DNA of 64,000 bases from an uncultured Lentisphaerota bacterium (GTDB lineage: Bacteria; Verrucomicrobiota; Lentisphaeria; Oligosphaerales; CAITYL01): positions 7,084 to 71,083 of the forward strand of contig CAITYL010000398.1 in assembly GCA_903896595.1 (NCBI GenBank), read 5' to 3'. Position 1 is the stretch's first letter. Each line of letters begins with the position of its first letter. Positions 14,729 through 24,693 of this stretch are shown here, one piece after another. The notes under the pieces are model-generated. The model did no database searches. It was not told the DNA's origin and saw only the letters and a list, made by a program, of their open reading frames with translations. Made by a program: the position numbers and the translations under genes.

Positions 14729-17029
14729 TTATTCGGATCGGAAACGGTGCGTGCCGGCGGTTTTTATTTCCAGGCGAAAATAGTCCGGCTCAGCGAGGTC
14801 GTATTGGGCTGGTGCAATCTCTTTTCCGTCAACAAAAACCTTGGGGGAGCCTTGCCGTTTCGGCAGAAAGACGTTGGCGTTGCACCCTCTCGGGATCAAG
14901 AGGGTTTCCTCGAAAACGCCATCTTTGATGCTCATCGACACGGCAATCAATCCGTGGGGTGAAGGCACCACCGCTTTCGCAAACGCCAGTCCGCCCAGTT
15001 GCGGCCGCACTTCAAAAAGCGCAAAACCCGGCAACACCGGCTTAATTCCAACGACTTCCGCTGGCAGTGACAGCGCGGGACCGGCTGTCCAGCCATGACA
15101 GTGACTTCGATAGTTGTAGGCATCCCATTTTTTCTTCTCGGCAAAAGGCGTTTCGCCTATTTCCGGCAGGGCTTCCCAAAAGCTGTCGCTGCCGCAATCC
15201 AGCATGGGTTGCCAGCGGGCTTTGATAAACGCCAACGCCTCCGTTGCCTTGCCCGCGCGAAACATCGTTTCAGTCAGGTCAAACGAGGCCAGGCTGTTGG
15301 TCATGGTGCCCGGATCATCATGTGGCGGCGGTAGCTTGGTGAGCGCGCGCTTTGTTTGAGCCGCCTGCGCCCGGTATTTCTCCCCCAATGATTTTTTTCC
15401 GGTGAGGTCGGCGGTTTCCGCAGCCGCCGCCATCGCGCGCTTAAATAACGCATTGAACTCAGGGTCTTTTCCCGCCTTGCCGTTAAGCGTGTAAAACCAG
15501 CCATGGCCTTTCTCATCCGGAATACGGATCAACCCGTCCGCCGGATCGCGCTTGGAGATTAGCCATGCCGCGGCTTGGTTGATCGGCGTGCTCAGCTCTT
15601 TGATGAAGGTGTGGTCGCCGGTGTGGCGATAATAATCTTGCAGCGCAATGATCCACCAGGCGACGTAATCCCACAGGATGGACGTGCCCTCTCCGAGGGC
15701 GGATCCGATTCCGCCATCGCTGGACTGGGATGCGGCGGCTCCCCGCCAACAGTATTTAAAGAGTTCCGCGTCACCGAATAAATAATAGTTCACAAGTGCT
15801 TCAAGTCGGGTGTCGCCGACCCACATGAAGCGGTCGCGCTTGATGCCGTCAAGGTAATACTCCTGCATGCACAGGTGCAGGGTTTTTCTCGCGGCTTGCC
15901 AAATCGCGTTCAGGCTACGGTCCGAGCAAGAAAAATAGCCCAGATAGTTCACGGGATAGGACGAGGTCTTGACCGACACATCCGACAGCTCGACCTTGCT
16001 CTCACAGTCAAAAAACTCAATCTTGACAAAGCGAAAGCCCTGCCGGACGATACTCTCCATCTCGCGGGTGCCAGGCGCGACGTCATAGTCTTCGGTGATC
16101 ATCCGGGTCAGCAGCGCGGTCCGCGGCGGCAAGTGCAGGCATTCGGAAAGGGTCTCGCCGTAATGAAGCCGGACGCGTGAAAAACCGTCAGACGCAATCC
16201 GCAGGCGGAGGTAACCCGCGATTTCCCCGCCGAAATCGAGGATCACCTGCGGGCCGCCGGCCATCTCCGGCGCCCGAATTTTCGCACCTTTGCTTTTGCC
16301 TGGGCTCAACAAGGCCTTCGCGTTGACCATTGAACCGTTCCCGTTAAAGGTTTCGGCAATTTTAACGGGGTGCAGCACGTTTTTCGGGAACATCTCCAGG
16401 TTGGCCTGATAGTCCGGGCCGATAATGTCCTCGATTTCGGCCGGAACGGAAAAACCCGTTCTTTTCAGGCTGTAAAACGGGGTTCCGGGCGCGCACTTGG
16501 GAATCGGGCCCGGGAAAAACGGGCTGCCGGTCAGGTACGGAATGATTTTCGTCGGGTCGCTGCCGGGACGGCCTTTCCATTGCTCGGCCCCGATGGTCGC
16601 GTTGGGCAGTTCACTGGCATGTGCCCATGCGGAGTCGTCAAAATCGACCTCCCGCCAGCCCCACCGCTCCTCGGCCAGCGTCTTCCATGTTGCGTCTGAC
16701 ACCACGCTCAGCGTGTTGCCGCTTTCCATTGACACGCTCAATTCTACGGCCAAACCTCGGTGGCCGGCGTGATTAAACCCGATGACGGCAACACTATTTT
16801 CTCCATTGACCAGGAACGGCGTCACATCATAGTCGCGGGTGTTGCACCATTCATCAAGCGAGACGACAAAACGTCCGTTAAAAAATAGCGTGTAACCGGT
16901 GTCGCAAAAAATGCGCAGAATCGCTTGCTTGAGTTCTCCCTTAATCTGGAAATTTTTCCTAAAGCAGTTTTCAATTTTTCCGGGGCCCCAAATGCATTTA
17001 GGGGCAAGGACAATGTTTTTGCTTTTCAT
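14729..17029 (-). CDS. GH78-like alpha-L-rhamnosidase family protein
   Basis: The N-terminal region fits the rhamnosidase N-domain pattern (FRKNFQIKGELKQAILRIFCDTGYTLFFNGRF ... YDVTPFLVNGENSV). Six-hairpin part has DRFMWVGDTRLEAL and HCHGWTAGP. Confidence 0.65.
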   Translation of the reverse strand: MKSKNIVLAPKCIWGPGKIENCFRKNFQIKGELKQAILRIFCDTGYTLFFNGRFVVSLDEWCNTRDYDVTPFLVNGENSVAVIGFNHAGHRGLAVELSVSMESGNTLSVVSDATWKTLAEERWGWREVDFDDSAWAHASELPNATIGAEQWKGRPGSDPTKIIPYLTGSPFFPGPIPKCAPGTPFYSLKRTGFSVPAEIEDIIGPDYQANLEMFPKNVLHPVKIAETFNGNGSMVNAKALLSPGKSKGAKIRAPEMAGGPQVILDFGGEIAGYLRLRIASDGFSRVRLHYGETLSECLHLPPRTALLTRMITEDYDVAPGTREMESIVRQGFRFVKIEFFDCESKVELSDVSVKTSSYPVNYLGYFSCSDRSLNAIWQAARKTLHLCMQEYYLDGIKRDRFMWVGDTRLEALVNYYLFGDAELFKYCWRGAAASQSSDGGIGSALGEGTSILWDYVAWWIIALQDYYRHTGDHTFIKELSTPINQAAAWLISKRDPADGLIRIPDEKGHGWFYTLNGKAGKDPEFNALFKRAMAAAAETADLTGKKSLGEKYRAQAAQTKRALTKLPPPHDDPGTMTNSLASFDLTETMFRAGKATEALAFIKARWQPMLDCGSDSFWEALPEIGETPFAEKKKWDAYNYRSHCHGWTAGPALSLPAEVVGIKPVLPGFALFEVRPQLGGLAFAKAVVPSPHGLIAVSMSIKDGVFEETLLIPRGCNANVFLPKRQGSPKVFVDGKEIAPAQYDLAEPDYFRLEIKTAGTHRFRSE

Positions 17030-17219
17030 TTCGATCTAATCTTTAGTTTAAAAAGCTTTGCATTCAACGCGCTGAAGGCGCATCCGCATCGTAGCCAGGG
17101 GCAACGCCCCTGGAATTGGATAGTGACCGATTCAAGGCTGAAGACCTTGCTCATCGTGCATGGTTACACAATCCATCGGGGTTGAATGGTTCATGCTGTA
17201 TGCGTCCAAATGACCTAGG

Positions 17220-20200
17220 TCACGGTGTCAGAAAACGCAGACGGAAGCCCAGCGGGCCGTAGTCGGTCTCGACTTTCACCAGCAGCCGGTTGACTCCGGC
17301 ATTCAGGGACGCTTTCGCCCGAATGTCGCGTTCATGGGTCGGAGCCAGCACCTGCGACGCCGGGTCGCGATTATACGTATGTTGATGGTCGCCGACCAGC
17401 CGTTTGCCGTTCAGCCAGATCTGGATGCCGTTGTAAGTGAACGCCTGCACGTCCAGTGTCCGGGCTTGGTCAACGGTAAATTCGGTCCAGACATACCCCG
17501 CGACATATTGCACCGGGGCGGCATCGAGGCCGGGCACGCCGGGCAGCAGCAGCGCCGTGCCAAGGTCGACCGTATCCATTGGCGACGACAAGGCTTTCCA
17601 TGCCACCGGGATTGTGCCCTTTTCCCAGTACGCCTGATCGTCTTCGGGGAACACCGCCTGGAAGCTGTCGCCAACCGTGGGCGTCACCCCGGTTTCGCCG
17701 CCACGCGCCGCCAGGAAGTCCGTTGTGAACCCCGCGCACTTGGGCCGGCCGCCGCCGTTGGGGAACGGGCCGCAGACCAGCCAGTTCTTCAGCCATTGAT
17801 TGACCGCCAGCGCCGGAACTTGTTCTGTCGGCGGCGCCGTGCGGAGAGCGGGAACCAGCGGTTTGCCGTTGCCATCGAGGAACCGCAGCGCGAATTCATA
17901 GCCGCCGACATCCTGTTCGATTTTCACCAACAACAGGTTCCAGCCTTTTTTCAGAGTGACCGGGTATTTTTCGTTGTCCGGGGTGCATCCACGGTAAACG
18001 CGTTTGGCGGCGACCAACTGGTGATTCAACCAGATTTTGTAGCCATCGTCGCTGCCAATGGTCAGCGTGGCGCTCCGGTCTTGGTCACTCTCGAGGTAAC
18101 ACGCGGCATACCCGAAGAGATATTGCAAGGCGCCGTCCAGGCCAGGGAATTCCGGATGGACAAACGCTTCCGCCAAGTTGACGACATTTTGATCGGAGCC
18201 ATAGACCTTCCAGGCAACGTCAATGCTGCCATCGTCCCAGTAGGATTGCTCGTCCTTCTTGAAGGCGACCTTTTCACCGCCACCGGGGGCAGGGGAAATT
18301 ACCGCTTCGCCCCCCGATTGGGCCAGCCAATCATGATTGAAATTGGCCTCGTCCTTGCCGTTGCGCCCGCCGTAATTGGGAAACGGCCCGTAAACCAGCC
18401 AACGCCGGATGAACCCGTCAGGGCTGACCGGGGCGAGCCGGGAATAGTCTTTGACCCCGGTTTGCGGTTTGGCTGCGGGGGTCGGAGCAGCGACGGCAGT
18501 CCTGGCCGAAACACCCCGGCCATCAGTGCCGGGAATAAACTCGACTTGGCCGGCGCCGACATCCCATTTCAGTTGCGGCAGGTAGTCCCAACCGGCCTTG
18601 TCCAAAAACGTTTTTTCCAGGTTGACGTCACGCCGGTACGTCTTGCCGTCAAGGGTGAAATAGATGGTGTAAACGCCGGGCGCGTTGAGCAGCAGCCAGG
18701 ACTTGCCTGCGGCATCCCCCTTGACCCCGGCCGGCGCGGACGTTTTTGAGACGGCGAAAACGTTGACGCCCGCTACCGGTGTCCCGTTTTTCAAGACCTG
18801 CACCAGCAGTTCCGGCGGGCGCATGATGGCCGGTTGCGGCATCGGTGAAAAGGCGCGGCGATAGGCTTGGATCACTGATGTCGGGGTGGCGACGGGGCGC
18901 GTCGGATCAAAGAAATTGACCTGATCCGCGGAAAAACTGCACGGAGCCATCTTCTCGGCGCGCATGCCGCCCGCGCCGGAAACACTCGGCCATGCGATGG
19001 GAACGGTAATCCCGTACGATTTGCCGCCGGTGGCGTTGAGCTTGGCCTGGATCAGATCGCCCCACGGCCCCATGGTGGACGGACTGCCCATGCAGAACAA
19101 GGCGCCGTTGTCCAAGGTAAAGGTAAACGGCATCACGCCGGCACACCCGGCCTTGAAGTAAGATTTAACCGTGCGCTCCAGCCACTTGCCCATGATGCGT
19201 TCCGCCGCTTTGGCCTGTCCGGCATCGGGGGACCCCATCGTCCGGCCGAGATCGCCGTTCATGAATTCACCCAGGATGACAGGTTTGGGATCGGCGGCGG
19301 AAACGGCCGTCCATTCTTTTAGGCGCTCGCTTCCCAGATCATAATCGTGGAAATCGGCCACCGGTATCCGCTTGTCCCAGGCGGCGGCGTGGCTGTGATT
19401 GGTAATTAGCAGGTGCGGTGCGGTTTCCTCGCTCCACTGCCGGAATTTCAGGATTGGCGCGGCGGTTTCAGCGCTGAGACTTTCGTTTTCCAGCGACCAG
19501 AGCAGCATGCTGGGCTGGTTGCGATGGGCCTTGAGAATGGTCCGGTAATACTCTTCGCAGTTGGCCAGCCAGACGGGGTCGTCGTAACAGGTTTCGCCGG
19601 TGATGTCCGGCGGTGCGAAAATTTGCCACCACGGGCCTTCGCCCTCCACCAGGATGCCGCTCCAGTTGTAGGGCTCGACCATGGCATCGGTAAAGGCGAA
19701 CCGGTGCAGCCGGACCGTGTTGATATAGGCCTCCTTGCGGAACGGGTTGGCGTGGGCCTGCGTCCAGCGATTCATCTTGGACACGTTCCGTTCGCTGCCC
19801 ATGACGGAATCGCCCTGGATCGGCATTTTTTTGCCGTTCAGGAAAAAGTCGCGCTTGCCAAGGGTCAGTTCGCGGAAGGCAAACGGGGTGAATGTTTCGC
19901 TTTGAAGCGGCGCGGCGGCAACGGTGCTTTTCAAGACGTAGCTGTTTCCGGGGTCACCGTAGTCCCCGCCAATCCCCCACAACAACGGATGTTCCCACGA
20001 CGCTTGGATCGTGACGGTCTGGTGCTCGCTTGGCCGCAGGCGGACAGTTTCCACCGGCAACGCCAGCACCGGGCTGCCTTCACGGGTGACGGTCTGCGTC
20101 AGGGTGGCGTTCAAGACGTTTTTCGTGTCGTTGACCAACGTGGCTTGCACCGTCACGCGGTGCTCCGTCAGCGAGGTCCGGACATAGACATCCTCAATCC

Positions 20201-22505
20201 GCAACGCCGGTTTGGCGATCAGTTGAACATCACCGCCGATCTGCAGGGTATAGACATGCTGGTCGAAAATCGGATAGAGATTGCCGAACAGCGTGTTATG
20301 CCCGCCCAGTTTCGTGCCGCGCGCGGTTTTCCGGTTGGATTCCACCAACGCCAGCAGATGATTGACCTGACCGGGCACGAGATAATCGGTCACGTCAATC
20401 TCGAACGGGATCAGCCCGCCGCCATGCCGGCCGCAGAACCGGCCGTTGATGAAGATGTCGCCGTAAACCATCAGTTCCTCGAACCGGAGCACCACCCGGT
20501 TGCCGCGCCAGTCGGCGGGAACGGTGAAATCGGTCTTAAACCAGGCACGCTGGATGCAGCCGGCCGACCAATAGGCAAAAACCGACTCCAGCCATTGTTC
20601 GTCGCTGATCTTGGCCCAGTTGAAAAAGGCGATCGGACTGGTATTCGGAATGGTGACCGGCGTCCACTGCTCCGGTAGCTTGTCCGCGTTTTCCGCCGGC
20701 GCAAAATCCCATCGGCCGTTCAATAATAGTGTTTCCGGCGCGGTCAGGGGCCGGCCCAATACCGCGCTCTTGTCGGGGGCAACGGCAAACGGCGCGAAGC
20801 GTACGGTTGTCTGAGGCTTTTTCGCAAACGTTTCCGCCAGATTCAGAAATTCCGCGCCATTGCCGGCAAACGTCAACAACAGGATTTCCGGCTTGCCAGT
20901 AAACACGGTCACTGGCGCGGCCAGCCGTTTTTGGCCTTCCGCCAAATAGGTTGCGGCGATCTCCGCATTGAAAATCGCCTCCCGTCCGGCGGCGCATTCC
21001 GCATTGGCGGTTTTCAATACGTGCCGCGCCCGCCGCTGCCATTGTTCCACTTGCGGCTTAAGTTCGCGGGCCAATACCTGGTCGCACTCGGCGATGTACT
21101 GCCGCCATTCCCGCGCCAGCCTGCCGCCCTCCTGTTGGAACGCGACGGTATTTGCCACCGGCTTGGCCACATACGCCTTGACCTTTGCCGCCAACGTTTC
21201 GCCCTGCGCCCGCAATGCCTGCAAATTGACGGTGCCGCCCGCTTGCTTGACAAAGTCGCTGCCGGAAAAAATCTTCATCGCCAGTAACAGCCGTTCCAGT
21301 GAACTGACTGGATACCGCTGTTCCGGACGCGTCAGCATGCTGGCCCAAGCGTCGCCGAACCCCCTGCCCGGCGGCGCGGTGAATTGGTCCGATGCACGCA
21401 AACGTTCCGCTTCCCAGGCCGTTTCGTCCAACAAGAGCACACGACTGACAAAACCTCCGGATTTGGCGCAAGACACCGTCAGGCGCGAACCGGCCTTAAG
21501 CACAACCGGTTGCTCGCTGTAAACCCAGCCGGTGAAAACCGGACTGTCGTCCGCCTCGCGTCCCGCGCCAACCACCATGCGCGGGCTGATCGCCATGGTC
21601 AGCGGATGGCCGTCCAGTTCAAAACGGTAGCGCGACTCGGGTAGCAAAAACGTATAGCCGCCAAGCATCGAATCGCCTTCATTACCGCTACGGTCGGAAG
21701 CGCGAAGCTGAACCATGACACGATAGCTTCCGGGGTTGACCGTCAGCGGAATTTCAAGCGTGCCGCTCACCGGCAGCGCCTGCCCCCCCCAGACCATTTT
21801 CTCCAGCGGCAGCCGGACCTGAATCCCGGAAACTTCGGCCCCGGCAACGCTATCTTCGTCCTTGACCGGGGCGGTGAAATTATCGATGTTCAGCACCCCG
21901 CAATTGCCCTTGTCGCGGTTGGCGGTCAACACTAGCCGGCCGTTCTGGTCGGGGCCGTCGTAACGGCAGCGATAGGTCAGGGTCTTCCAGCCGGCGGGTA
22001 GCGACAGCAGGTCAAATTTCTGCTCGCCGTAGGACGTGCCGTCGGCACCGGCCAGGGCCAGCGTCAGATTGGCCATCGCGGGCTGACTGTCACCGGCCAC
22101 TTTAAACGACACACCATAATCAGAGCCCTGTTTCAGCGGAAATTCTGGCGACGCGAGTCCCAGCCGGTCGCTGGAATTATAGGTAAACATCCGCAAGTAG
22201 CTTTTACCTTCGGCCGGAACCAGGGCGGCGCGCTCATCGCCGACGGTTTTACCGCCGGCCTCGACATAGCTGACCGAGGTCCAGGCATTGGCCGGCGCTG
22301 GCGTGGCCGTCCAGCCGTTGACCGGGTTTCCGGCCACGACATTGAGCTGCGGTGTCGCCTGGTGGGGCGCTTCAAAACCGGGATCCGTGAGATGGCAGGC
22401 CAACGACACCTCTTCCGCACCGACTGCCGAAATGAAACCGGCGGCCAACACCCCCAGCGAGAAGGCGATTTTTCCCAGACAGACAAGCATTCTCATGGCC
22501 ATCAA
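17220..22505 (-). CDS. giant secreted GH2-family glycoside hydrolase with duplicated C-terminal beta-sandwich domains
   Basis: Signal peptide MRMLVCLGKIAFSLGVLAAGFISAVGA. GH2 sugar-binding pattern LLLNGRWDF ... VVLRFEELMVYGDIFINGRFCGRHGGGLIPFEIDVTDYL. Acid/base region LLWSLENE. Two tandem ~200-aa C-terminal repeats (W-x-V-x-GPFPN ... IWLN ... LLVK ... RF). Confidence 0.85.
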   Translation of the reverse strand: MMAMRMLVCLGKIAFSLGVLAAGFISAVGAEEVSLACHLTDPGFEAPHQATPQLNVVAGNPVNGWTATPAPANAWTSVSYVEAGGKTVGDERAALVPAEGKSYLRMFTYNSSDRLGLASPEFPLKQGSDYGVSFKVAGDSQPAMANLTLALAGADGTSYGEQKFDLLSLPAGWKTLTYRCRYDGPDQNGRLVLTANRDKGNCGVLNIDNFTAPVKDEDSVAGAEVSGIQVRLPLEKMVWGGQALPVSGTLEIPLTVNPGSYRVMVQLRASDRSGNEGDSMLGGYTFLLPESRYRFELDGHPLTMAISPRMVVGAGREADDSPVFTGWVYSEQPVVLKAGSRLTVSCAKSGGFVSRVLLLDETAWEAERLRASDQFTAPPGRGFGDAWASMLTRPEQRYPVSSLERLLLAMKIFSGSDFVKQAGGTVNLQALRAQGETLAAKVKAYVAKPVANTVAFQQEGGRLAREWRQYIAECDQVLARELKPQVEQWQRRARHVLKTANAECAAGREAIFNAEIAATYLAEGQKRLAAPVTVFTGKPEILLLTFAGNGAEFLNLAETFAKKPQTTVRFAPFAVAPDKSAVLGRPLTAPETLLLNGRWDFAPAENADKLPEQWTPVTIPNTSPIAFFNWAKISDEQWLESVFAYWSAGCIQRAWFKTDFTVPADWRGNRVVLRFEELMVYGDIFINGRFCGRHGGGLIPFEIDVTDYLVPGQVNHLLALVESNRKTARGTKLGGHNTLFGNLYPIFDQHVYTLQIGGDVQLIAKPALRIEDVYVRTSLTEHRVTVQATLVNDTKNVLNATLTQTVTREGSPVLALPVETVRLRPSEHQTVTIQASWEHPLLWGIGGDYGDPGNSYVLKSTVAAAPLQSETFTPFAFRELTLGKRDFFLNGKKMPIQGDSVMGSERNVSKMNRWTQAHANPFRKEAYINTVRLHRFAFTDAMVEPYNWSGILVEGEGPWWQIFAPPDITGETCYDDPVWLANCEEYYRTILKAHRNQPSMLLWSLENESLSAETAAPILKFRQWSEETAPHLLITNHSHAAAWDKRIPVADFHDYDLGSERLKEWTAVSAADPKPVILGEFMNGDLGRTMGSPDAGQAKAAERIMGKWLERTVKSYFKAGCAGVMPFTFTLDNGALFCMGSPSTMGPWGDLIQAKLNATGGKSYGITVPIAWPSVSGAGGMRAEKMAPCSFSADQVNFFDPTRPVATPTSVIQAYRRAFSPMPQPAIMRPPELLVQVLKNGTPVAGVNVFAVSKTSAPAGVKGDAAGKSWLLLNAPGVYTIYFTLDGKTYRRDVNLEKTFLDKAGWDYLPQLKWDVGAGQVEFIPGTDGRGVSARTAVAAPTPAAKPQTGVKDYSRLAPVSPDGFIRRWLVYGPFPNYGGRNGKDEANFNHDWLAQSGGEAVISPAPGGGEKVAFKKDEQSYWDDGSIDVAWKVYGSDQNVVNLAEAFVHPEFPGLDGALQYLFGYAACYLESDQDRSATLTIGSDDGYKIWLNHQLVAAKRVYRGCTPDNEKYPVTLKKGWNLLLVKIEQDVGGYEFALRFLDGNGKPLVPALRTAPPTEQVPALAVNQWLKNWLVCGPFPNGGGRPKCAGFTTDFLAARGGETGVTPTVGDSFQAVFPEDDQAYWEKGTIPVAWKALSSPMDTVDLGTALLLPGVPGLDAAPVQYVAGYVWTEFTVDQARTLDVQAFTYNGIQIWLNGKRLVGDHQHTYNRDPASQVLAPTHERDIRAKASLNAGVNRLLVKVETDYGPLGFRLRFLTP

Positions 22506-22550
22506 TCCCTTACTGGTGAGACTCTTGCAAAACCATCGACAAAGAACTTA

Positions 22551-22611
22551 AACAGGAGAAATCAGGAGAGAACGGAGAACAACTTCTCTGTGGCCTCTGC
22601 TGCCTCCTGTT
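22551..22611. repeat. imperfect triplet-unit hairpin (aacaggagaaatcaggagagaacggagaa / ttctctgtggcctctgctgcctcctgtt)
   Basis: The outer 8 bp and inner 7-8 bp pair perfectly, the middle is imperfect, and the loop is 4 nt. Lies 46 nt upstream of the GH2 start on the minus strand. Confidence 0.55.
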
Positions 22612-22693
22612 CAAAATCCAGAACATCCGGTTCCTTCCGAGCCCGGAACGTTAGTGACGGGTCAACGGTAACCGTTCCGGAAAAGCTGGCATG

Positions 22694-22717
22694 AAAAAGC
22701 GGCAAAGGAATTGCCGC
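22694..22717 (-). terminator. rho-independent terminator after the pseudopilin-like gene
   Basis: On the minus strand: gcggcaa-ttcct-ttgccgc (7-bp perfect stem, 5-nt loop) followed directly by ttttt. Confidence 0.6.
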
Positions 22718-22759
22718 ACTCCAAAAACGGGTTCACACTTCAAATTGATTTCAAAATTA

Positions 22760-22842
22760 ACCGCAAAGATCGCAGAGATCGCAAAGATAAAACAATCTAA
22801 AAATACGCCATTACTCTTTGTGTTCTTTGCGTTCTTTGTGGT
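22760..22842. repeat. triplet-unit hairpin element (accgcaaagatcgcagagatcgcaaagat / ctctttgtgttctttgcgttctttgtggt)
   Basis: 29-nt arms with a 25-nt loop. Mismatches are mostly G-T or T-T. Units are cgca(a/g)aga(t). Confidence 0.8.
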
Positions 22843-22875
22843 AAAATAAAAAATCAAGTTGAACTTTAATTGGAA

Positions 22876-23514
22876 TTAGTAGCTGATGCAATAGGGGCCA
22901 CTGTCCCAACTCCAGAGGGTTCCGTATTTGAGCCAGGTGAAATGCCCGTCCTGGAAGAGGAAGTTGCTGCCGCCCATGTGCCGGGCCGAGAAAAGGCCGG
23001 GGAGATCGGCATTGTTGCAGAACCCGCTGTTCATGTACCAATTCCGGGTGTCCCCCATGCGGGCCGTGTTACCCGGATGCTGCTCGGAAGACAGTTTGTG
23101 AAAATAGTAAGGGACACTGCCATATTTCATCCAACAATAGCTGGGGGTTCCGGTGTAATTGATGTTGATGCCGTAATTGTATTCATCAGCAGGCCGGGCC
23201 GGACAGACGAACAGGCCCTTGGCGTAGCGGAAATCCTCCCAGGAGGTGGAATTGGCGTCGTCGTCGGGCGTCAGGCCGAAGTAGGGGGCGAGAAAGTACG
23301 GCCAGTCCCAGTCGGCAGGGGAACCGCTCGGCACTAGGTCGTCGTAGTCACCCGCATACATCACGAAAGCCGTATGGAACTGCTTGAGCTGGGCGACGCA
23401 TTTGATGGACTTGGCCCGCTCCCGCGCCGACCCCAGCGCCGGCAGCAGCATGCTAGCCAGGATGGCAATGATGGCGATCACCACCAAAAGTTCGATGAGA
23501 GTGAAGCGTTTCAT
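22876..23514 (-). CDS. prepilin-type N-terminal cleavage/methylation domain protein, H-X9-DG (DUF1559-like)
   Basis: [27 protein letters not shown] from ATG 23514. C-terminal H-MGGSNFLFQ-DG is exactly H-X9-DG. Confidence 0.9.
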   Translation of the reverse strand: MKRFTLIELLVVIAIIAILASMLLPALGSARERAKSIKCVAQLKQFHTAFVMYAGDYDDLVPSGSPADWDWPYFLAPYFGLTPDDDANSTSWEDFRYAKGLFVCPARPADEYNYGININYTGTPSYCWMKYGSVPYYFHKLSSEQHPGNTARMGDTRNWYMNSGFCNNADLPGLFSARHMGGSNFLFQDGHFTWLKYGTLWSWDSGPYCISY

Positions 23515-23565
23515 GGTGGATGCCCTTGGGGGGGGACGTTTTGGGACACGGGCCAAGGCAAGGGA

Positions 23566-23793
23566 GCAATGGGACCTATAGGACATCTGGGACCTAGGGG
23601 GGCACTAACCTGAATTATTCACGACCCAAATGATGACGTCCATTGTAGCAAAGCGATTGCATCGCGCTCTTCGAGTTGCCACATCCCGATTGGGCGGGCT
23701 ACAAGCCCTTTGCTACACTCATGAATAATCCAGGCTAACGCCCCGGCCGTGGTTTCATCCTGTGCCCCATCGGTCCCATTGGTCCTATAGGTC
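23566..23793. repeat. long nested inverted-repeat structure in the PEP-CTERM/pseudopilin intergenic region
   Basis: Outer arms gggacctataggacatctgggacctaggggggcac (23570-23604) and gtgccccatcggtcccattggtcctataggtc (23762-23793). Inner pairs are attattca/tgaataat and tgtagcaaag/ctttgctaca, plus small hairpins gcgat-tgc-atcgc and gggct-aca-agccc. Confidence 0.75.
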
Positions 23794-23802
23794 TTCGGTT
23801 GG

Positions 23803-24564
23803 TCAGCGCCGCCGCCGGTGCCACAGCCCCGCCGCGCCCAGTGCCAGCAGAGCCAGCGCCGCCGGTTCGGGAATGGTGGTGAACTGCGCCACGAAAACAC
23901 TGTCCGAAGTCGGGGGCGTACCATTCCACGATGCTTGCTTTTTCAGAGTGCCATCGCTCATTACGGCATAGGCGCCCCCCGGAGTCCAATTCGAATCAGC
24001 GCTTTGGTACGTAACATCAAGCCCGCCACTGGCCCGGGACGAACTGAGGATCGCCACTTCAAAATAATACTGCGTGTTCCCGGCCAACACGGGCTGAGAG
24101 GGCGCAGACAGGCCGCTGAACATCCAACTGCCACCATCCGCGCCTTCCCAATGATTGTTCCATCCCCAGGAGACATAAGTCGTCCCCTCTTTGGTCAACA
24201 GCAGGGAGCTGCGATCCGTGGAGGTGTACAGCTTGAATTGCAGGGCATAGAGATTGCCGGTGTCAGCTTCATCATGGGGCCCTTGCAGGTTGATGGCAAA
24301 CGCGGTCAGGGCAATGGGCGCGCCACTGCTGTCAGGCGTGGTAAAGGTCTGGCCAACCGCTTTGACATAGGGTGCGGCCGGCAACTGATTCTGCGCCTGA
24401 ATCCAATTCCCATATCCCCAGCTAGAGACGCCAGCATCAAATGCCCCCAGCGTGAACACCGCCGCCTGCGTGGTGGCCGCCGCCAGAAAGAGCATTCCCC
24501 CCGCGATCACGACCGCTTCTTTTTTCATAACTTGTATCAAGTTCATACTGTTACCCTTTTTCAT
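23803..24564 (-). CDS. PEP-CTERM sorting domain protein (secreted)
   Basis: C-terminus IPEPAALALLALGAAGLWHRRRR (PEP motif + TM + Arg cluster). N-terminal signal peptide. True start may be ATG 24546 or 24528. Confidence 0.85.
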   Translation of the reverse strand: MKKGNSMNLIQVMKKEAVVIAGGMLFLAAATTQAAVFTLGAFDAGVSSWGYGNWIQAQNQLPAAPYVKAVGQTFTTPDSSGAPIALTAFAINLQGPHDEADTGNLYALQFKLYTSTDRSSLLLTKEGTTYVSWGWNNHWEGADGGSWMFSGLSAPSQPVLAGNTQYYFEVAILSSSRASGGLDVTYQSADSNWTPGGAYAVMSDGTLKKQASWNGTPPTSDSVFVAQFTTIPEPAALALLALGAAGLWHRRRR

Positions 24565-24693
24565 AATTGATTGGACACTGTCTTCGCTACTGGCAAAAAA
24601 ATGATTGCATTTAAAAGTCGATGAAGCTGCCTCCTTTCTGTATTGCGAACGGTTGCGTATTTAAAGTTTGCCTACCTCTCAACCTGTTTTATC

